64,000 nt of DNA from Candidatus Collierbacteria bacterium GW2011_GWA2_42_17 (GTDB lineage: Bacteria; Patescibacteriota; Microgenomatia; UBA1400; MFAQ01). Below are positions 58,176 through 64,000 of the stretch, piece by piece (the stretch's first letter is position 1; each line of letters begins with the position of its first letter). A program made the translations under genes and the position numbers. The stretch covers positions 116,352 through 180,351 of the forward strand of contig LCDA01000001.1 in assembly GCA_000998275.1 (NCBI GenBank). The letters are read 5' to 3'. The notes under the pieces are model-generated. The model saw only the letters and a list, made by a program, of their open reading frames with translations, had not been told where the DNA came from and made no database searches.

Positions 58176-60017
58176 TTAAGTAGTTTGTTGCTTACGTGCT
58201 TCGAGAATTTCCGAGGGTTTAGTGGTGGCCAGAGCATGTTCGTCGGGGGAGGAAATAACTCTTATGGCAACATGGTTTTGTCCAGCAAAGAAAATACCTT
58301 CACCTACACCAGCCGAGACCAAAAGCTGTTTTTCTCCTTGAGAGAGATAAAAGACTTCGGCAATTTGATTGATGGCGGCAGAAGATTGTTTTAGAAGAAA
58401 TTTGAGAGCAGAGTTGGTAATGATGGCTTTACCATAAGGGGAAGCTAAAAAGTCATCTACATTCTGAGAAATGACGGTAACCCCGAGATAGTATTTGCGA
58501 GCACGTTTGACAAAGCCTTGGAGAATTTTGGCAGAGTCTTCGAAACGCATAAGATACCAGGCTTCATCGACAATAAGCATCCGCTTTCGGAGATTTTTGC
58601 GAATCTCGGTCCAGACAAAATCAAGAATCATAAACATAACAATCGGACGGATTTCGTCGGCAAGATCACGCAGAGAAAAAACGGTTATTGGAGCATCAAT
58701 ATTGATATTTGATTGTTGATCAAAAGTGCCCTTGATACTTCCCATGACGTAGCGTTCGAGTCTGGCAGCCAAAACTTTAGCGGTCTGGTCTTCCATACCA
58801 ATGATGGCGCGGTAGAGGTCTTCCATTCGAGGAGGTTCTTGGGTATGAGTGGCAGGATCGTCGGTAATGTTTTTTTGACGATAGGTGAGAACTAGAGCAC
58901 GATTCATAGTGGCTTCTTCCATGGGAGACATAGCACCAATCATTATTTTAAGAAGGGACATGAGGAAGAGGTATTTATAACCCATTTCGTCTTCGGTACT
59001 TTCCGCAGGTCGAGCAATTTGAAAAGGATTAATTTTATGAGGAGAGCTGGAAGAAAAAGAAATATAGTTACCACCAACTGCTTTGGTAACCATTTCATAC
59101 TCATTTTCCGGGTCAAGAATAATAATTTGGGTGTCAAACATAAGAGAGCGGAGAATTTCCAACTTGACGGCGTAAGATTTTCCGGCGCCAGCCGTGGCCA
59201 GAACAAGCATATTGGCATTTTCCAGAGAGAAACGATCAAAAATGATAAGGGAGTCGTTGTGGGCATTAATTCCGTAAAGAATTCCTTGATTGTCGGAGAG
59301 TTCGGAACTGGTAAAAGGAAAGGTGGTGGACAGAGCGGTAGTGTCCATGTTTCGGGTAATCATTAATTTGTCTTTACAGTAAGGAAGGGTGGTCTTGAAA
59401 GCATCCTCCATGGAAAGAGAGGCAACTTTGCTGATGATCAGAAGAGAGGCGAGCATACTTTGAACCTGAGAGGTGACGGTGTTAAGTTCTTTTTCGGACT
59501 CGGCAGAGATACTGATGTAGAGAGAAAATTGAAAAAAACGTTCGGCTCCCTTAACGAGTTGTGCCTGAAGAGACTTGGCATCTTCAAGAGCGGCTTCGGT
59601 AGCTGCTTGGGGAATACGACCCCTTTCAATATCCGTGTTGATCTCGGCTTCCATCTCGGCCAGACGGCGCCTGAGATTGTCTAAGGTGTCTTTGGAGTCA
59701 CTGGGATAGACGTACATAGAAATATCAAGAGAGTGATTGAAGTTTATGAGAGGGGCGAGCCAGTTGGCTGAGACATAGCGAGGATAACCGGTGATAAAGA
59801 GAGTACGGATGTAGTTGTCATCGATTTTTATAAAGGAAAAATCAACTTCAATGGAAGAAGGAGCTAAGACATCCTGAATTGAGGCGGCATTGGCGGTGTC
59901 TTTGATAGCCGAAAGGGGAGCTCGAGGTTTTTCTTCCTTGGGTGTGACAGGAGATGCCGCTACTGTTGGTATAGTTTCGGTCTTTTTGGCACCAAGAGAG
60001 AAGAGATTTAACCCCAT
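58176..60017 (-). CDS. VirB4/TraE-like secretion ATPase
   Basis: GILYGIN, NANMLVLATAGAGKSY, LDPENEY, INPF, IVDEAW, KRARKY, ISQ..DF. Confidence 0.92.
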   Translation of the reverse strand: MGLNLFSLGAKKTETIPTVAASPVTPKEEKPRAPLSAIKDTANAASIQDVLAPSSIEVDFSFIKIDDNYIRTLFITGYPRYVSANWLAPLINFNHSLDISMYVYPSDSKDTLDNLRRRLAEMEAEINTDIERGRIPQAATEAALEDAKSLQAQLVKGAERFFQFSLYISISAESEKELNTVTSQVQSMLASLLIISKVASLSMEDAFKTTLPYCKDKLMITRNMDTTALSTTFPFTSSELSDNQGILYGINAHNDSLIIFDRFSLENANMLVLATAGAGKSYAVKLEILRSLMFDTQIIILDPENEYEMVTKAVGGNYISFSSSSPHKINPFQIARPAESTEDEMGYKYLFLMSLLKIMIGAMSPMEEATMNRALVLTYRQKNITDDPATHTQEPPRMEDLYRAIIGMEDQTAKVLAARLERYVMGSIKGTFDQQSNINIDAPITVFSLRDLADEIRPIVMFMILDFVWTEIRKNLRKRMLIVDEAWYLMRFEDSAKILQGFVKRARKYYLGVTVISQNVDDFLASPYGKAIITNSALKFLLKQSSAAINQIAEVFYLSQGEKQLLVSAGVGEGIFFAGQNHVAIRVISSPDEHALATTKPSEILEARKQQTT

Positions 60018-60044
60018 GATTTAAGTATAACCTAAGGTCATTAA

Positions 60045-60698
60045 TTAGGAATTAGCGGGGATATTGGTGGGGATTGAACTTATGGTGGTTGAGCTCTGGT
60101 TGTAGATGGTGTAGAAGAAGGTAACGAGTTCGCTGGTAGTGAGTTGAGAAGCTTTGAGACCAATACGGGCAAATTGTCTAATCAAATGGTCTCGACGAGG
60201 ATAAAGAACGGTAGAGGCCTTTTCTTCAATATAGACAAGGTCAAAGGGCGGTTTTTGAGGAGCTTTGGCAAAAGGATTAAAAGATGATTTTGAGAGACCG
60301 AGTTCAATTTCGGAGAAAGGAATAATGACATAAAATTTCTTTTCCAAAACACGATTTTCCTTGACTAGAGATTTAACAAATTGACGATAAGCCAGAAGTT
60401 GCTCCTTTATTTTTTGTGAGGAGACGGATTGAATACGAGTGTCAATAAGGCCAAGGTAGTCAGAGATATTTTTCCTTTGGGAACGGACAAGAATTTGAAT
60501 AGGGAAAGAAAGAGAGTTTAAGAGACCGGCGTAGGCATAAATGGTGGCATCTTGTTCTTCTTCGGAGAGAAGGTTGAAGTTTATAGCTGTAGTTTTGAGA
60601 ACCAGAGCAGCTGAGCCATCTTTAAGGAAAACAAGGTGATCTTTAATGGCGTAGATATCGAGATGTTCTTGGGTGGAGGCTTTGATGTTGTCGGGCAT
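60045..60698 (-). CDS. VirB4-associated protein (resembles the TraC/TraE N-terminal part)
   Basis: STQEHLDI, INFNLLSEEEQDA, LNSLSFPIQI, FYVIIP; between prgI-like and virB4-like genes. Confidence 0.7.
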   Translation of the reverse strand: MPDNIKASTQEHLDIYAIKDHLVFLKDGSAALVLKTTAINFNLLSEEEQDATIYAYAGLLNSLSFPIQILVRSQRKNISDYLGLIDTRIQSVSSQKIKEQLLAYRQFVKSLVKENRVLEKKFYVIIPFSEIELGLSKSSFNPFAKAPQKPPFDLVYIEEKASTVLYPRRDHLIRQFARIGLKASQLTTSELVTFFYTIYNQSSTTISSIPTNIPANS

Positions 60699-60700
60699 GT

Positions 60701-61594
60701 TTATTGAGCTTGAATTTTTAGAGGTTTAACAATTTCTCCGGTGAGTTCTAAGGAGTAGGGAGCAAAAGAAAAACCTTCTTTTTCGGCAAGAATTTGAAAT
60801 AGACCGGAGTCTAGAGGGCGAGCAAACATAAACTGTCCGAGTTTGTTGCTCTTGGTAGCACGGAGAGTGAGGTTGTCTTTTTTGATTTCGACCAAAACAG
60901 AGTCAAGAATGTGGCCGGAGGGAGTTAGGGTAAGGCCAACGAGTGTATTGGGTGTGGTGGAAGTAAAAGGAATGGGAAGATTTACTGTGGGGGCGGGAGT
61001 TTTTGTTGATGTGACAGGTTGGGTTGGGGGTAGGGGCTGAGAGGAAACGTTGGGTGTTGGGATTGGTTCTTGAGTGGTTGGCATTGGTTCCGGAACAACA
61101 ACTGTTGGGGTAACAACTGTTTCGGTAATAGAGGTAGTCACAATTGATTGGGGAACGGGGGTGTTTGGCACGATTTCTGGTTGCTTTGGAGAGATAACAG
61201 GTGGTTGGGTTATTTCAATACGAGCATTGGTAACCGGTTGAGTGACTTGGAGATTGTTTTCTTTGGTGGGGACGGCGGTTTCGGTTCCGGCAGCAGTGGC
61301 CGGAGTTCTTTTCCAGGAGTATTGGGTGGGTGAGTAGATTGATTTAATGAAGGCAATCAACCAGACATCAAGAGAACGACCTTGAACAGGGAGAAAGGCC
61401 ATACCAACACCAAGAAGAAGAAAAGCAAAAACAATGGGATATTTAAAGAAGAAGGGTAAGGGAATACTGTAGGCAATGATGGCAAAAATGATGCAGACAC
61501 CAAGAGAAGCAAATTGTTTTAAAGTCATGTCACCAATTAGCCTGAAGCGGTAACTACTGATGTCTTGGGGTAAAGGATGCTGTTGAATGGCCAT
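60701..61594 (-). CDS. PrgI-family (VirB3-like) membrane protein with a P/T-rich linker and a C-terminal beta-sandwich
   Basis: HPLPQDI..Y.FRLIGDMTLKQF, two TMs, 'GRSLDVW', RATKSNKLGQF. Confidence 0.8.
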   Translation of the reverse strand: MAIQQHPLPQDISSYRFRLIGDMTLKQFASLGVCIIFAIIAYSIPLPFFFKYPIVFAFLLLGVGMAFLPVQGRSLDVWLIAFIKSIYSPTQYSWKRTPATAAGTETAVPTKENNLQVTQPVTNARIEITQPPVISPKQPEIVPNTPVPQSIVTTSITETVVTPTVVVPEPMPTTQEPIPTPNVSSQPLPPTQPVTSTKTPAPTVNLPIPFTSTTPNTLVGLTLTPSGHILDSVLVEIKKDNLTLRATKSNKLGQFMFARPLDSGLFQILAEKEGFSFAPYSLELTGEIVKPLKIQAQ

Positions 61595-61681
61595 AGGTCT
61601 TCATTCAGTATAGCGAATTTGTGGTAAAAAGTAAGATTGATGATATAATTTAGACAGTTATAGGTTTATATTTAACAAGAG

Positions 61682-63871
61682 ATGTCAGAAATACAGTTAA
61701 GTGAGAGAATGCAACGATTAATCGAAAAAAAAGGTGGTATTCCCGGTGTGGACAATGTGAGTTTACCAAGAGAACAGAAAACGGAAACTGTACCTTCAAC
61801 TGAAATTGAAAAGAAAATTGACGAATATAATGCTAGTGACGATTTAAGTTTGGTATTGGCAGTTGTTTCTCGTGAGGATCGATCAGATACGACAAGATAT
61901 CTGGAGCATAAAGAGAAGGTTAATGAAGCAAATAACAGATTAAAAGAACACGGAGTAGACGTGGATTCCTTTACAAGACGAGATATACAAGTTGGAACTG
62001 AAGAAGGAAATAAAGTTTTGGGACAAAGAAAAGCAGTTTTGCGAGAAATGTTGGTAAAAATTAAGGAAGATAAAGATTTAAACGATGAGGAAAAAAAGAT
62101 TGTTGACATAATAAATTTGAAGGTGAGTGATTTAAGGAGAAATGAAGAGTTTCAAGGAGAAATAAAAAAAGAAAAACAAACAACAATTGTTCCAAAACAA
62201 GAGAAAGAAAATCCTCCACAAGAAGAGAGAAAAAAATCTGAGACTGATCAGAGATTGGAAAATATTGGGAGATATCCAGCATTGCTCGAACAGAGAAGAG
62301 CGCTGATGACGTTAAGAGATATGTTGGTTAAGAAAGGTGCCTCTCCCGAGGATATTGAGAAAGTGAACGGGGCAGCGAGGGCTCTAACAGAAAAGGAAAA
62401 CCAAAGGATTCAAGAATATAGAGAAAAAGGGGAAATGAGACCGGAACTAGAAGAGTCTTTGAGTAGATACAATGTGGAACTAGAGAAGGCTTATGATATG
62501 TCAGCAAACATAATCAATGTCTATCAGATGTCCCCAATGGAAGGAGTACTAACAAGATCTTTGGCAGAAGTGAGGAGTGTTGGTGTCGATGGTGAAGATC
62601 TTGCTAAGGAATTAGAAAAAGAACTCTTGGACATGGGTCTTTTGCACGACCTGAGATTAATGGTGAATAGTAGGGGGGCTGTTGACGATTCGATGTTGAA
62701 ATACGCATCAGAATTAAAAGGAAAACAATTTGATAGATTAATTCATCTACAAGACAGAATGTCCCAACACGATAATGATGGTGTGACGTTGTGTTTGGCG
62801 AAGATAGATGAAGAGGCAAGGAGATCATATAACGATATCAACGGCAACAAAAACAATATTTTTAAATTGGAAGATCCAAACCTGGAAGATAGAGTCCTCG
62901 AAGCAACAAAGAGTAATAGGCTACACTATTTAATTGCGAGGGATCTTTATCGAGTTACTGGCGGAGAAGCAAGGTACGGTGTGGCCGGATATGCTCATCA
63001 AGATGGTAGTAAGGGGAATGCTTGGGTAATTGAAAAGAATGGTGATGATAATAATGGAGCTTTCTTTAGAAAAGCAATGAATAAGAGAAGAGATCTCGTG
63101 GGGGCGGTGGATTCAACAGCTAGTGGAAATTATGTCTTAAGATACTGGCCAGAACTTTGGAAACATCTTGACCCCGGAGTGAGTAGTTTTTGGGAAAAGC
63201 TATGGTCCGACGCAGAAAAAGCTGCTGGGGAAAATGCTAGTTTTTTTAAAACTCAGAGCGAAATCCGTATGAAAGTTGATAATGAGGTTGGTATTCCACC
63301 AAGAGAGTATGCTGTTTTGACAGTAGAAGCTTTAAGAAACTTGAGGCTTGGGGTAGAAGAGCCAGGAAAGGTGTCTTTAGATAATGAGATAGCGTTTAAT
63401 ACATGGCTGGAAACCATAGGAAAAGTGTCAACGACGATGTCAAAAGAGATACAGTACATGAGCAACCCAAACTTTAAATCTTTTCAGTCGATACTTGGAG
63501 TAGATTATTACCCAGTGATAATGAGAGAAAGATTAAAGGATGGAAAAAAAATTAGGATTAATAGAGAACAATATTTATTGGAAAGATTGGGAGATCTGGT
63601 TGAAAATTACAAAAAATCTCAGACGATGTCACTGACTCAGATGGCAAAAGAATTAAATGAATATAGAGTTTCTGGTTTTTTGTTCAGAACTGACGAGGAA
63701 CTGAAGGATTTTAAGAAAAGATATGGAATTCCAGAAGGAGGAAAGGCCGAGGATCTTCAAAACTTAAAAGATTTTGGAAAAAAACTTACTGGGAAAGATA
63801 GCGGTGCCCGTAAGGTGGCGGGTAGTGTTGCGGGCGATATTCTAGAAAAAATTCTTAAGGGAGGATTCTAA
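61682..63871 (+). CDS. Hypothetical 729-aa charged, alpha-helical protein
   Basis: Long ORF, E/K/R-rich, no TM or recognised motif; extended -10 TGATATAAT at 61641-61649. Confidence 0.7.
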   Translation: MSEIQLSERMQRLIEKKGGIPGVDNVSLPREQKTETVPSTEIEKKIDEYNASDDLSLVLAVVSREDRSDTTRYLEHKEKVNEANNRLKEHGVDVDSFTRRDIQVGTEEGNKVLGQRKAVLREMLVKIKEDKDLNDEEKKIVDIINLKVSDLRRNEEFQGEIKKEKQTTIVPKQEKENPPQEERKKSETDQRLENIGRYPALLEQRRALMTLRDMLVKKGASPEDIEKVNGAARALTEKENQRIQEYREKGEMRPELEESLSRYNVELEKAYDMSANIINVYQMSPMEGVLTRSLAEVRSVGVDGEDLAKELEKELLDMGLLHDLRLMVNSRGAVDDSMLKYASELKGKQFDRLIHLQDRMSQHDNDGVTLCLAKIDEEARRSYNDINGNKNNIFKLEDPNLEDRVLEATKSNRLHYLIARDLYRVTGGEARYGVAGYAHQDGSKGNAWVIEKNGDDNNGAFFRKAMNKRRDLVGAVDSTASGNYVLRYWPELWKHLDPGVSSFWEKLWSDAEKAAGENASFFKTQSEIRMKVDNEVGIPPREYAVLTVEALRNLRLGVEEPGKVSLDNEIAFNTWLETIGKVSTTMSKEIQYMSNPNFKSFQSILGVDYYPVIMRERLKDGKKIRINREQYLLERLGDLVENYKKSQTMSLTQMAKELNEYRVSGFLFRTDEELKDFKKRYGIPEGGKAEDLQNLKDFGKKLTGKDSGARKVAGSVAGDILEKILKGGF

Positions 63872-63957
63872 GATTGGTTTAGTGTGGAGAATAATTCAAA
63901 GCTTTACTCTTCGAAGAGTGACGGTTTATGCACTTTTCTTACTGAGTGATTGATCAA

Positions 63958-64000
63958 CTACTCAGGCGAGGGTGTAGGGGTGGTACCACCGCCCGCTCCT
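63958..64000 (-). CDS. 3' end of a gene running off the window
   Basis: Reads ...GAGGGTTPTPSPE-stop on the minus strand. Confidence 0.4.
   Translation of the reverse strand, partial: GAGGGTTPTPSPE

Noticed and set aside
63906-63919. Perfect palindrome ACTCTTCGAAGAGT
   Set aside because: Single short copy between convergent genes; at most part of a terminator

Overview
Chromosomal window from a reduced-genome Patescibacteria (CPR) bacterium, most likely Microgenomates group. This is inferred from the gene content: YYY/DUF2298 protein, DUF4012 fusion, CxxC-x17-CxxC protein, shortened MetG/ValS/Pgk and a relaxase-less VirB4/PrgI/VirD4-like set. TGA is used as a stop. The window holds the canonical jag-yidC-yidD-rnpA-rpmH / dnaA-dnaN locus with an oriC-like dnaA-dnaN spacer, groESL with a CIRCE operator, glycolysis genes (tpiA, gap, pgk), DNA repair genes, envelope and glycan genes, tRNA-Cys(GCA) and a free-standing LAGLIDADG gene. 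Most notable observations: (1) an unlisted 41-aa gene with a perfect sigma70 promoter, SD and terminator; (2) a VirD4/TraD-like ATPase fused to an intact Nudix hydrolase, in a run with an SPFH protein, a second YidC and a nucleotidyltransferase; (3) a conjugation-type secretion cluster next to dnaN; (4) no apparent GC-skew inversion at the oriC-like locus; (5) widespread leaderless-type -10/start spacing. All protein calls are from motif recognition by eye; no database search was run.
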